A program made the position numbers and the translations under genes. From a bacterium (lineage in GTDB: Bacteria > Patescibacteriota > Minisyncoccia > UBA6257 > 2-01-FULL-56-20), in the NCBI GenBank assembly GCA_021827685.1, contig JAKAUM010000003.1, positions 1-56,223 of the forward strand: DNA of 56,223 nt. The letters are read 5' to 3'. The stretch's first letter is position 1; each line of letters starts with the position of its first letter. The notes beneath the pieces are model-generated. The model had not been told where the DNA came from and did no database searches. It was given only the letters and a program-made list of their open reading frames with translations. Of the stretch, positions 1-9,249 are shown one piece after another.

Positions 1-3
1 TTG

Positions 4-74
4 AGCGGGTAAGGGGAGTCGGACCCCTGTCATCAGCTTGGAAAGCTGAGGTAATGCCGTTATACGATACCCGC
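4..74 (-). tRNA. tRNA-Gly (TCC)
   Basis: Reverse complement folds as a cloverleaf: acceptor GCGGGTA/TACCCGC, anticodon arm TCAGC-TTTCCAA-GCTGA, U73. T-loop TCCGACT. CCA not encoded. Confidence 0.95.
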
Positions 75-194
75 GGCCCTGAGTGCGCCGCCCGGCGCAT
101 GTCCGCGCCGCGCGCGGATTCCGTCGCCGCTCATCGTATCATTTTTACTTGCGTTTTTCAACCGTTTTTGATAGAAATGAGATAACCAATTCCG

Positions 195-794
195 ATGTTC
201 CGCTCGCATAAAGCAAGAACAATCATCATTTTTTTGGCAATCGTGGCGATCGGTTACGCGATTGTCCGGTGGAGCGACGGCCAAGGCGGCGTTCCTCAGG
301 ATTTTACGGGCGCGCGCACGCAAGGAGCCCTTATTGCGGAAAATATCGTGAACCTTTCCAACCAGTCGACGGCGACGCTTGATAAAGTAAGCAAGCTGGA
401 CAACGAGGGGAATTATAAAGATGCGCTCACGCTTACGACGGGGCTCGTGACGCAAAGTGCGCAAATCCGCAACCAGGCGGTCGCGCTTTCCGAGCAGATT
501 GCGACAATGACCCAGGCGCTGTCGGGCGTTTCCAATCTCAGCGCGCGGCAAGACGCGCTTGAAGCGATTTCGGACCAGGTGGCTCTCTTGAACCAGCTTG
601 TGAGCTACAGTGCCGATCTCGGCAGCCTGCTCGGCGTCCTCCGCGAGCGTTTTACTGGCGCGTACGGCACGACGGCGAAGGTGCAGGCCCTCGTGGACCA
701 GGTGAACACCGACGTGAACGCGATTAATAATTTTAACGCGCAGGCCGAGAAGGCGATGGCGAAATTTGACGCGAGAGAAGGGGGGCAGCAGTAA
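195..794 (+). CDS. Hypothetical membrane-anchored helical protein
   Basis: 199 aa; N-terminal hydrophobic helix followed by Ala/Leu/Gln-rich heptad-like helices. Confidence 0.8.
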   Translation: MFRSHKARTIIIFLAIVAIGYAIVRWSDGQGGVPQDFTGARTQGALIAENIVNLSNQSTATLDKVSKLDNEGNYKDALTLTTGLVTQSAQIRNQAVALSEQIATMTQALSGVSNLSARQDALEAISDQVALLNQLVSYSADLGSLLGVLRERFTGAYGTTAKVQALVDQVNTDVNAINNFNAQAEKAMAKFDAREGGQQ

Positions 795-866
795 GGGCAC
801 GTAGCTCAACGGCAGAGCAGACGTCTTATACACGTCCGGTTCCTGGTTCGAATCCAGGCGTGCCCA
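795..866 (+). tRNA. tRNA-Ile (TAT)
   Basis: Acceptor GGGCACG/CGTGCCC, A73, anticodon arm GACGT-CTTATAC-ACGTC (TAT at 827-829), T-loop TTCGAAT. Confidence 0.92.
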
Positions 867-868
867 CG

Positions 869-1396
869 ATGATCATCGTCTTTACGGGAAACGGGAAGGG
901 AAAGACAACGGCGTCTTTAGGGCAGATGGTGCGCGTTCTCGGGCGCGGAAAGGCGGCGCTCATGATCCAGTTCATCAAGGGGCCGTGGCTTGCCGGCGAG
1001 GATGCGTTCGGGAAGATGATGGGCATTCCGCCTGAGAAATTCGAGGTGCGGAAGCGGGGGCTCGGATTCGTGGGCATTTTAGGCGACAAGCTACCGATAG
1101 AGAAGCACCGCGAGGCCGCCCGCGCCGCGCTTGCGGAATTCGTCCGCGAGAAGGAATCAGGGCGCTGGCACCTTATTGCCCTCGATGAAGTAAACGTCGC
1201 GGTATCGATCGGGCTTCTCGTCGCCGCCGAAGTGCTCGAGGCCGTAAAGGATTATCCGGAGGACCGGCTGCTGCTCATGACCGGCCGCGGGGCGCCCCGC
1301 GAATTTATCGATGTCGCAGATCTCGCGACGGAAATGCGCGAGATAAAGCATCCATTCGCCGAAGGGAAAAAGGCGAAATCCACGGTAGAGTTCTAG
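869..1396 (+). CDS. btuR: ATP:corrinoid adenosyltransferase (CobA/CobO/BtuR family)
   Basis: Motifs TGNGKGKTTAS, QFIKG, LDEVN, TGRGAP, EMREIKHPF. Start moved to ATG 869, just after the tRNA. Confidence 0.93.
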   Translation: MIIVFTGNGKGKTTASLGQMVRVLGRGKAALMIQFIKGPWLAGEDAFGKMMGIPPEKFEVRKRGLGFVGILGDKLPIEKHREAARAALAEFVREKESGRWHLIALDEVNVAVSIGLLVAAEVLEAVKDYPEDRLLLMTGRGAPREFIDVADLATEMREIKHPFAEGKKAKSTVEF

Positions 1397-1422
1397 GGCT
1401 ACCGGCGCACGCGCTCCGAAAA

Positions 1423-3252
1423 TTACGCCGCAACCGGCTTTATCTTGAACGGCTTCAGCAGGGCATAGAACTCTTCCTGCTCGAGGGTCTCTTTCTGGAT
1501 GAGCGTCTCCGCGATCTTATTGAGCGCCGCCTTGTGGGCCTTCAGCACTTTTTCTGCGGTCTCGTAGGCGCGCTTCAGGAATCCTTCCACTTGGCCGTCT
1601 ATCTCCTGCGCCGCCTTCTCCGAATAATCTTTTTCCGTCGTGATCTCGCGGCCGAGAAAAACGAGCTCTTCCGTTTTACCGAACGTGATCGGACCGAGGT
1701 CGCTCATCCCGTATTTCGTGACAAGCCGCCTCGCGAGGGATGACGCTTCCTTCAAATCATTGGAAGCGCCCGTAGAAATATCGCCGAAGGTAAGCTTCTC
1801 CGAGGCATAACCGCCCATCATCATCGCGAGATCTGCGACGAATTGCGCGCGGGTTTTCAAGTGCTGGTCTTCCGTGGGGAGCTTCATCGTATACCCGCCG
1901 GCAAAGCCGCGGCTTACGATGGAGACCTTATGCACGAGGTCGGTATCCTTGAGCGCCGCCGCGACGAGCGCGTGGCCGCCTTCGTGGTACGCGGTGATCC
2001 GTTTCTCCTTTTCGGAAATCACGCGGCTCTTCCTTGCGGGGCCGAGAATCACCTTTTCCGCGGCATCATAGAATTCTTCCTGGCCGATGGAGGACTTGCT
2101 GAGCCGCGCCGCCGAGATGGCGGCTTCGTTCACGAGATTTGCGAGGTCGGCGCCCGAGAATCCCGGCGTCCGGACGGCGATCTTGCGGAAATCGATGCCT
2201 TTGTCCAGGGTCTTTCCCTGCGCATGGATCTTCAGGATCGCCTCGCGGTCGGCAAGGTCGGGGAGGTCGAGAACGATGCGCCGGTCGAAGCGGCCGGGGC
2301 GGAGAAGCGCCGGGTCGAGAATGTCGGGCCGGTTTGTAGCCGCGAGGACGATGACGCGGGTATCGCGGTCAAACCCGTCCATCTCGACGAGGATTTGGTT
2401 CAGCGTCTGCTCCCGTTCATCGTTCCCGCCGCCGAGACCCGCGCCGCGCTGCCGACCGACGGCGTCTATCTCGTCTATGAAGAGCATCGCCGGCGCGGCG
2501 CGCTTTGCGGTGAGGAACGCGTCGCGCGTACGGGAGGCGCCGACGCCTACGAACATTTCGACAAATTCAGACGCGGAAATATAGAAGAAAGGCACGCCCC
2601 CTTCGCCTGCGACGGCCCGCGCGACGAGCGTTTTCCCCGTACCCGGGGGACCCATCAGCAGGATTCCGCGGGGGATGCGCGCGCCAAGGTCAAGAAACTT
2701 TTTAGGATTTTTTAAGAAATCAACGACCTCGATTAGTTCCTCTTTCGCTTCCTTAAGCCCCGCCACGTCCTTGAAAAGCACCTTGTCGCGGAAAGTGGAG
2801 AGGCGCAAATTGGAACGCCCGAAGTTAAATGCCTGGTTTACGCCCGTGCGCGCCTGTCGGAACATGAGCCAGAAAATAAAGCCGATCGCAATGAGGGTAA
2901 GAAGATCGGGCAAGAGCAAGCCGGCCCAAAACTGCCATCCCGACTGGCTCCGCACGGCGATATTCACCGCCTGCAGGGCTTTCGCGCTGACGCCGAAGTT
3001 ATTGAGCGTTTCGACTATTCCCGTTTCGGATTCCTTGTGCGCTGTCGCCGTCGAGCCGTCCGCCATCGTAATCGCGAGGTTGTTGCCGCTCACCGTTATC
3101 TGCTTTATCTGGCCGGCGTTGATGTCCTGGGCAAGCTCGTTCAGGGAAAGCGTTTTTGCCGCAGGCGCAGGCCCCGCAAAAAAGGAGAAAAGAAGCGCGA
3201 TTATGACAAGCGTGAGAATCGCCCATACGATGTTTTTTGCGAGATTGGACAT
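1423..3252 (-). CDS. ftsH: ATP-dependent zinc metalloprotease FtsH
   Basis: Two TM helices, Walker A GPPGTGKT, Walker [34 protein letters not shown] zinc motif. Confidence 0.98.
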   Translation of the reverse strand: MSNLAKNIVWAILTLVIIALLFSFFAGPAPAAKTLSLNELAQDINAGQIKQITVSGNNLAITMADGSTATAHKESETGIVETLNNFGVSAKALQAVNIAVRSQSGWQFWAGLLLPDLLTLIAIGFIFWLMFRQARTGVNQAFNFGRSNLRLSTFRDKVLFKDVAGLKEAKEELIEVVDFLKNPKKFLDLGARIPRGILLMGPPGTGKTLVARAVAGEGGVPFFYISASEFVEMFVGVGASRTRDAFLTAKRAAPAMLFIDEIDAVGRQRGAGLGGGNDEREQTLNQILVEMDGFDRDTRVIVLAATNRPDILDPALLRPGRFDRRIVLDLPDLADREAILKIHAQGKTLDKGIDFRKIAVRTPGFSGADLANLVNEAAISAARLSKSSIGQEEFYDAAEKVILGPARKSRVISEKEKRITAYHEGGHALVAAALKDTDLVHKVSIVSRGFAGGYTMKLPTEDQHLKTRAQFVADLAMMMGGYASEKLTFGDISTGASNDLKEASSLARRLVTKYGMSDLGPITFGKTEELVFLGREITTEKDYSEKAAQEIDGQVEGFLKRAYETAEKVLKAHKAALNKIAETLIQKETLEQEEFYALLKPFKIKPVAA

Positions 3253-3280
3253 AGGCGTGCTTATTATAGGGAGAGGAGCA

Positions 3281-3904
3281 TTAACGGTCAACCGCTTCTT
3301 CGCGGAAGGCGCGGCCGAGAATCCTCGCGATCAGGTAATCCGCAAGGGCAAAGAGGCAGATGCCTACGAGGAGCAATATTTCAAAGTCGCGGAATATGGA
3401 CACGGTTCCGAGGGGCGAGAGGCCGGAGAATATGCCGAACGCCATGCCGAAAAGAATCGGCATCCATATAAAGACCGACGTAAGCGAGCTTTTCAAAAAG
3501 CGGCGGAATGGCATCTGCGTCCAGCCGGCGGAAAAGATGACCGGGAACGCGGTTGCATATACGAACTTTGAAAGGACGATCCATTTCCGGCCGTTTGTTT
3601 TAAACGCGCGTTCTATCCGGTCATGCCACCCGGGGAGCCGGTTGCGGATCCAGTTGCCCGGGCGCGTATTGCGGAGTCCGCGGCCGAGGGAGTACCAGAG
3701 CATGTCCCCCGTGAGGTTCGCCATGATCACGACCAGGATAAGAGTCGGCACGCCCCATGCGCCGAGGTAGCCTCCGAACGCGATCCAGGAGCTTGCGAAA
3801 GCCGAAAGATTGCCGATGATAATCGTGGAGAGGTAAATAATAAAATAAGCCAAGATTCGGTTCTGGCTCGCGAGGAGGCCTATATTGAAAACGATATGAC
3901 TCAC
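3281..3904 (-). CDS. DedA/SNARE-associated family membrane protein
   Basis: Hydrophobic; [15 protein letters not shown] and [12 protein letters not shown] match the DedA pattern. Confidence 0.85.
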   Translation of the reverse strand: MSHIVFNIGLLASQNRILAYFIIYLSTIIIGNLSAFASSWIAFGGYLGAWGVPTLILVVIMANLTGDMLWYSLGRGLRNTRPGNWIRNRLPGWHDRIERAFKTNGRKWIVLSKFVYATAFPVIFSAGWTQMPFRRFLKSSLTSVFIWMPILFGMAFGIFSGLSPLGTVSIFRDFEILLLVGICLFALADYLIARILGRAFREEAVDR

Positions 3905-4035
3905 GCCTTTCCATTATAACAGAGGGCGAAACCGTCTCTTAGTGGCCGCACGAAGGCCCCGCCTGCTGTTTTCGCTTGCTATTTCCATGTCCGTCGCTAT
4001 TATAAATGTCAGCCGTCGCACGGCGGCACGATAAT

Positions 4036-4107
4036 GGTGCCTATAGCTTAATGGTAAAGCTCCGCTCTGTGGCAGCGGCTATCAGGGTCCGATTCCCTGT
4101 AGGCACC
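4036..4107 (+). tRNA. tRNA-His (GTG)
   Basis: Encoded G-1, acceptor GTGCCTA/TAGGCAC, C73, anticodon arm CCGCT-CTGTGGC-AGCGG. T-loop TCCGATT. Confidence 0.95.
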
Positions 4108-4217
4108 CTTTAGAGAGAATGCGGAATCTCCTTATGCCATAAGCGTTTTTAGCTCGAACTCGAACCAGTAGTATGCTTGCGGCTGTTGTTCTGCCTCGTC
4201 GGTGGTATAATGGAAGC

Positions 4218-4718
4218 ATGTCCTCATTTGAATCACCCAAGCGTATGTCAGAGGAAGAGGCTCATGACGAAGCCAATATTCTTCAGGCGGAGGTTAGGGA
4301 ACAGAAAATAAGACAGAGCAGGAAAAACGGAGCACCGGAAAGCCGCGAGACCACCGCGGCAGATTACGATAACGCGTTGGCGAAGCTTGAAGAATTGAAG
4401 CGGGCCATTGACGAAGAACCAAGTCAAGAGAAGGTACTGCGCCGGGTAGCAGGCCTTATGCAGATGCCCGGCTACGTGATGATTCAAGCCGCACCATATA
4501 TGGAAGGATTCTTTGGTAAGTTAGAGGTTCTGATCAGCCGGCTCAGCAAGAACCCCATCAGCGAAGAAGATGCAAAAGATTACTTTGAAAGTCAAAAGGA
4601 ATATGCCAGGAAAGCCTTCCGCGAAGCTGTCGATAAGCTATTTTCTGAGGAAGAAAATAAGCTGAGGCGGATGAAGGCTGCCGGTAATCAATTCGGAGAG
4701 GAGGAAGGGAAGGAATAG
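4218..4718 (+). CDS. Hypothetical charged helical protein
   Basis: ATG 4218 lies 6 nt after TGGTATAAT; Glu/Lys-rich ORF with no recognised motif. Confidence 0.7.
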   Translation: MSSFESPKRMSEEEAHDEANILQAEVREQKIRQSRKNGAPESRETTAADYDNALAKLEELKRAIDEEPSQEKVLRRVAGLMQMPGYVMIQAAPYMEGFFGKLEVLISRLSKNPISEEDAKDYFESQKEYARKAFREAVDKLFSEEENKLRRMKAAGNQFGEEEGKE

Positions 4719-4783
4719 ACCACCTCCGGCTTACTGGCGGTTTTATTGGATAATCGAGGTCGCCGCCGTTCACACCTCATCCA

Positions 4784-5479
4784 GTGAGTCGAGTATTAGC
4801 GGATCGTCTGAATATGGGGGTTCATTTTAAGCAGGCGGATTGCATAGAGGGGAAACGCGTCGACCTTCGCCAAGCGGAGTTGATTGCCCGGTATAAGCCC
4901 GACCTCATTTTTTTCGAGCTGCCCGCAAGGAACGGGAAACCGGATACTGTCTTTAATAAGTTCGCCGCCAATAGAAAACCACTCAGAGACCTGCTTGCCA
5001 TAAAAAGAAATCTCCTAAGAGAGGCTCGGAGGTTTCCCTATGCGTTGTCGGACGTTTACGTCTGGGACGCCATCCAAAATCTATGGGAAGAGGGGCGTAA
5101 CACTCTCGTGTTCAATGTTGACAGGCCAGAGGATGTTCGACGGGCATATTTTAAAAGGCATGGCCGCGTTTCCTACGCCCGCGCCAAGCGTCATTGGTGG
5201 TTTTGGGCATACCTCTTGGTGCGCGAATCAGAAATGGCCAGACATATTAAACAAGTTGTCGAGCTTCGTGGGCGAAGAAATATTATCGCCGTCGTATTAT
5301 TGCAAAGCATCCATTGGAACCACGTTCAATTTCTAATGAGGAACCCCTCTAAGAAAAAAATCTGGGATTATTATTTTGGGAGATTTCCGGATCTTACCCC
5401 GGCGAAACTTAGTGCGTTGCTTCGCACCCATGAACAAACCTTATTTAGGTATTGGCAGGTAGTTGACGCGGCTTTATGA
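4784..5479 (+). CDS. Hypothetical protein, weak TraB/ChaN-like N-terminus
   Basis: 231-aa ORF; YKPDLIFFELP resembles the TraB-type KPDxxxxEL strand. True start may be ATG 4814. Confidence 0.6.
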   Translation: MSRVLADRLNMGVHFKQADCIEGKRVDLRQAELIARYKPDLIFFELPARNGKPDTVFNKFAANRKPLRDLLAIKRNLLREARRFPYALSDVYVWDAIQNLWEEGRNTLVFNVDRPEDVRRAYFKRHGRVSYARAKRHWWFWAYLLVRESEMARHIKQVVELRGRRNIIAVVLLQSIHWNHVQFLMRNPSKKKIWDYYFGRFPDLTPAKLSALLRTHEQTLFRYWQVVDAAL

Positions 5480-5593
5480 CCACGATCCGCGCCTCGCTCA
5501 CCCCTCTTGACCAGTACATAGGTCGAGGTTATATTTATGACAGCAACCGAGATGGGACAGTTGACAACTCTACACTTGAGGAGGAGGAATGAC

Positions 5594-6136
5594 ATGTTCA
5601 AGTTCTTGCGAAAGAAAAAAGTCGTGTTTGAAAACACGACGCCGCAGTTTGAATTTGTGAAAGATGGGCCAATGTCTGTTCCGGAAGATCTGAACGAAAT
5701 TTTAGAAACCGCCATCTTGCGCATTCGTGAGGCGCTAGCGTTCATGACCCTGCGTTACATCAAGCAGATCCACCCGGAAGACCTTCCGCACATTAAGGCA
5801 GCTACCGAGAGGCTTCGGAAGGACGACCCTTTGCGGTTCTTGATTACAACAAAGGAGGACGAAAACGGGATCATCGAAATCGACGGCAAGAAATATATTG
5901 AGGTTGCGACAGAGCTCCTCGGCAACCGTATCCGCGCCTTCATCGTAGAGCCGGACGGGCCGTTGGATGAAGGTCGCTCGGTGGAGGGGCAAAACTTTCT
6001 GGAGCACTACATCCTGTCTGCGATTATGGTGATGGAGGCGCATGAGCGCGATCCATATCTCTCCCAAGAAACACTAAAGGAGATACAAACAGCCGCATAC
6101 GGGGTCTGCCGACCAAGGGATTGGCACTTCTCATAG
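5594..6136 (+). CDS. Hypothetical protein
   Basis: Strong SD GAGGAGG at 5581 before ATG 5594; followed by a terminator. Confidence 0.7.
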   Translation: MFKFLRKKKVVFENTTPQFEFVKDGPMSVPEDLNEILETAILRIREALAFMTLRYIKQIHPEDLPHIKAATERLRKDDPLRFLITTKEDENGIIEIDGKKYIEVATELLGNRIRAFIVEPDGPLDEGRSVEGQNFLEHYILSAIMVMEAHERDPYLSQETLKEIQTAAYGVCRPRDWHFS

Positions 6137-6162
6137 TGGGTAGTAGAAAAATCTCGGCCACA

Positions 6163-6199
6163 GGGGTTCGACAACGTAGCATACGTCGAACCCCTTTTT
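6163..6199 (+). terminator. Intrinsic terminator
   Basis: GGGGTTCGAC...GTCGAACCCC stem followed by a T run. Confidence 0.8.
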
Positions 6200-6394
6200 G
6201 ATTTTTTATATTTTGGGTAGGATGCTATGGTTGATACGCCGCCGTTCGCATCTGATCCGAGAAGTTATCTAAATAATTATAGATTATGACGCAGGGCAAT
6301 CTTGCAGTGCGGGAATATAGATCGCGGGGCCATTCAACTGTTTAGACACGGTTTTAATATCCTCTACGACGGCAACCCAAATACAAGATACAAA

Positions 6395-6416
6395 GGGCGA
6401 CCAGTGATGGTCGCCC
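6395..6416 (-). terminator. Probable intrinsic terminator of the 6454-6795 gene
   Basis: Perfect 9-bp stem GGGCGACCA-GTGA-TGGTCGCCC, followed by TTTGT on the minus strand. Confidence 0.6.
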
Positions 6417-6453
6417 GATAGAGCCCCTCTTTTCCCGTTAAGAACCAACCTGC

Positions 6454-6795
6454 TTAGGCCAGTAACGAGTTAAAGAAATTGATGAAGTCCTCCAGTAATT
6501 GGTCGTAGAATCGAACAGCTCGCTCGAGCTGTATGCGCTGAGAGTTCTCGTAAGCTTCCAGCGCCCGCGGGGGGATACCTCGCTCTCGCATCCGATTTAT
6601 GTTCGCAATCGATTTATTAAACCTGCATATAACTTCTTCCTTCTCGGCGTCGAGGCGCACCCGCATCCGCTGTATCCGTAATTCGGCTTCTTCTCTCAGC
6701 TCCCCGCGTAGCCGAGTTCGCAACTCCTCGATCCTTTGCTCGGAAGCTCGTCTTAGAGTTTCGAGCGTGTCTACTCGGTATTGTTCAGGGTCCAT
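6454..6795 (-). CDS. Hypothetical coiled-coil protein
   Basis: SD AAAGGAGA before ATG 6795; Arg/Glu-rich helix. Confidence 0.65.
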   Translation of the reverse strand: MDPEQYRVDTLETLRRASEQRIEELRTRLRGELREEAELRIQRMRVRLDAEKEEVICRFNKSIANINRMRERGIPPRALEAYENSQRIQLERAVRFYDQLLEDFINFFNSLLA

Positions 6796-6912
6796 AATTT
6801 CTCCTTTGTCGGTGCTGGGCGTAGCATACAACTCGTCGTGGAGTTTAGCAACCACGACGTCGGTCGATCGCGTCTACGCGGCGAAGATTAGACGCCGCGA
6901 TAACGTTCAGCT

Positions 6913-6981
6913 CCGCCTCGCCCGCCACCATATATTCCCGATCATAGAGGACGGCCATAATTTTGCTCCCAAAATGACCCA
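6913..6981 (+). repeat. Degenerate direct repeat, copy 1 (copy 2 at 8665-8732)
   Basis: Manual alignment gives about 58/69 identical positions. Confidence 0.85.
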
Positions 6982-7029
6982 TACGAACGAAATCAAGCAT
7001 AACTACTCAAAGACAGATTTTTAGGTTAG

Positions 7030-7767
7030 TCATTTCCCCGACGTTCCTATCCACGCAAGTTCGAAAAGAGAACGGAAAGTGTTTGCAACATCCTTACTTT
7101 GGATTACGACGACAAAATCTTTCTCGTAGGAAAAAATACCGATTTTATCCATCCAAATAATGTTATCGGTGGAAAGTGGCGTTTTTGCAGTAGTGAAGCG
7201 AAATATGTGGTTTGGAAGCTGTTGCGCTGCCCTGAGGTAGTGGTGCCGTTTGTCCTGCGCATAGATTAATTCACGGCTTTTTACCTGCGGTTTTTCTCTC
7301 AGGAGTTTCAAAAACAATTTAAATGATTCGTCGGCCTTGGCCGATACGACTTCCGGCGAGAAAAAGCTCAGAAATTCTTTCTCTCCGGAATTTACTATTT
7401 CCTCGTAGAGGCGGTTGATTGCAGTCACTCCTTCAAAAAGCTGGACGGCCGGCTTTGCGGTATTCGTATTATAAAGCGCAGATAATTGGGGAAGGAACGC
7501 ATTCAGCGCTTCGCGCTTCTCCTCAAACGCTTTCTTTATTCTTTCTGGTGGTAGGGCAACATAAGTTTGCTTTCTTGCTTGCGGGATTGCGGCGACGTAC
7601 CCACGCCGCATCAGATCGTCCAAGATGAGATAGATTGTTGGCCGCTTTAAACCAACCCGGCGGCTTATTTGTACTACGGTAGCTTGCCCTAGCTGTAAAA
7701 GCCCAATATATACCTGCGCCGCCTTAGAGGAAAACCCTAAATCTTCAAGTAGGGTTTGATGTTCCAT
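7030..7767 (-). CDS. TrmB-family transcriptional regulator
   Basis: N-terminal wHTH (LGFSSKAAQVYIGLL...RPTIYLILDDL), VQLFEG linker, PLD-like C-terminal domain ending FRSLFELAW. Confidence 0.88.
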   Translation of the reverse strand: MEHQTLLEDLGFSSKAAQVYIGLLQLGQATVVQISRRVGLKRPTIYLILDDLMRRGYVAAIPQARKQTYVALPPERIKKAFEEKREALNAFLPQLSALYNTNTAKPAVQLFEGVTAINRLYEEIVNSGEKEFLSFFSPEVVSAKADESFKLFLKLLREKPQVKSRELIYAQDKRHHYLRAAQQLPNHIFRFTTAKTPLSTDNIIWMDKIGIFSYEKDFVVVIQSKDVANTFRSLFELAWIGTSGK

Positions 7768-7773
7768 ATCCAC

Positions 7774-7911
7774 AGTATATATCTAGGCGAATCAGTATGT
7801 CAATTATTATGACAACAAAGCAAAATAGTGTTATTTCATACTGTATATAAGTTATATTCTATAGATATAATATGTAAGAAAAATTGACATATATGGCGTA
7901 TATGGTAAGAT
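7774..7911. promoter_or_regulatory. Divergent sigma70-type promoters with an inverted repeat
   Basis: Minus strand: TTGACA (7798-7803) ... TATACT (7774-7779). Plus strand: TTGACA 7884 ... TGGTAAGAT. TGTCA-N7-TGACA at 7798-7814. Confidence 0.6.
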
Positions 7912-7956
7912 ACGTCCCGGAACCCGTAAAGTCGGGACATCACAAGGAGGTGGAGA

Positions 7957-8574
7957 ATGCATCGTCTTTCGTCGTTTATTTCGTTGGTTGTATTTCTGGC
8001 TTGTGCTACCGGGGCGAGGACGCAGGTGTTGGTTACTGGGCAAACCGCAGGGAAGGGCAATGGCGTGGCATTCGTCTCGAGTAATGGTGTTTTCGCCGAT
8101 GGCATCGACGCCGCCAACAACTGGGGCGGTGTCGAAGTCGGAATCGCGGGTCACATAGATCTGTTCGGGGGAGGCGGTGCTTTCTCACTCCCCGGACATC
8201 AATTCCCGTATGCCGTCGCAGGTGGGCTGTTCGGTCTGCCAACCCGAAAGCTTCATTTCGACGCGTCTACCTATCAAGTCGCGATTCTGCCATTGTATGA
8301 CCGAAAGGACGCATCAACGTCTATCATCAATTCGGCGCTTGTCGTGAGTAAAACGTTCACCCTGAAACGATTTACTATCACGCCCTACACGGGCGCATCG
8401 TGGCTGTACTCATTGGGGCCGAAAGATAGAATGTTTTCGATCCCGCACTGCACCTTTCAAATTCCTTTCGGTATTTCAATTCCAATCAGTGAAAAGCTTG
8501 GACTTGTTATCGAGTACGATGAAGGCTCAACGAAGTCGTTTGGTATCGCCTTGAGCTACTCGTTCCGAATTTAG
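7957..8574 (+). CDS. Secreted beta-strand-rich hypothetical protein
   Basis: SD AAGGAGG; signal peptide; alternating hydrophobic strands; ends FGIALSYSFRI. Confidence 0.75.
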   Translation: MHRLSSFISLVVFLACATGARTQVLVTGQTAGKGNGVAFVSSNGVFADGIDAANNWGGVEVGIAGHIDLFGGGGAFSLPGHQFPYAVAGGLFGLPTRKLHFDASTYQVAILPLYDRKDASTSIINSALVVSKTFTLKRFTITPYTGASWLYSLGPKDRMFSIPHCTFQIPFGISIPISEKLGLVIEYDEGSTKSFGIALSYSFRI

Positions 8575-8616
8575 AAAGAGAGGCCTCCATGGACATCCGG
8601 AGGCCTCTTTCATTTT
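8575..8616 (+). terminator. Intrinsic terminator
   Basis: AGAGGCCTCC...GGAGGCCTCT stem followed by TTTCATTTT. Confidence 0.8.
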
Positions 8617-8664
8617 CGCCCACTATTTCGCCCTAAACGCCCTGATAGTATCGGACTCCCATCC

Positions 8665-8732
8665 CCGCCTCGCCCGCCGCCATTATTCCCGGTCATAGAG
8701 GACGGTCATGATAGCGTTCTGAAAATGACCCA
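8665..8732 (+). repeat. Degenerate direct repeat, copy 2
   Basis: Matches 6913-6981 with 10 substitutions and 1 gap. Confidence 0.85.
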
Positions 8733-8850
8733 ACCAAAAGATAGCCGAGCGCTCATTCCCGTGCGAGATGGGTCATCTCGTGATAGATTGACGCCATGAT
8801 TTCTCTTTTGAGCCTCCTGGAATTCATTACGAAGGGAATCCCGCATGACT

Positions 8851-9249
8851 TTATGCGACGCGAGGGGCGCTCCCACGGAGTAACCCCTTTATCTCTTCAC
8901 GAAGCTCGATTCGATCTAATTCCTTAAGCGACACCCATTCCAATTCGTAAGTATTGTCGGGCGATTGCCGTTTCTTTTCCGGTCCGCCGAGCTCTGGTTT
9001 GCCGCTGAACGAATGTGCGCGGTAGAAATGCTGCATTTCACCGTCCAGCTCAAGCGTACCGAGCCTCTCGCCAAGGATTATATCCAGTCCGGTCTCCTCT
9101 TTTACCTCGCGGACAGCAGTATCCTGTTCGGTTTCTCCGGGTTCTATGCCGCCGCCGGGCACGACATAATATTCTTTGCAGTTCTTGCGGCGGCGGATGA
9201 GAAGCACTGTCCCCTTGTCCGCTATGAAAACTGCTACGCGCTGCCTCAT
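8851..9249 (-). CDS. NUDIX hydrolase
   Basis: Nudix box GGGIEPGETEQDTAVREVKEETGL. Confidence 0.95.
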   Translation of the reverse strand: MRQRVAVFIADKGTVLLIRRRKNCKEYYVVPGGGIEPGETEQDTAVREVKEETGLDIILGERLGTLELDGEMQHFYRAHSFSGKPELGGPEKKRQSPDNTYELEWVSLKELDRIELREEIKGLLRGSAPRVA

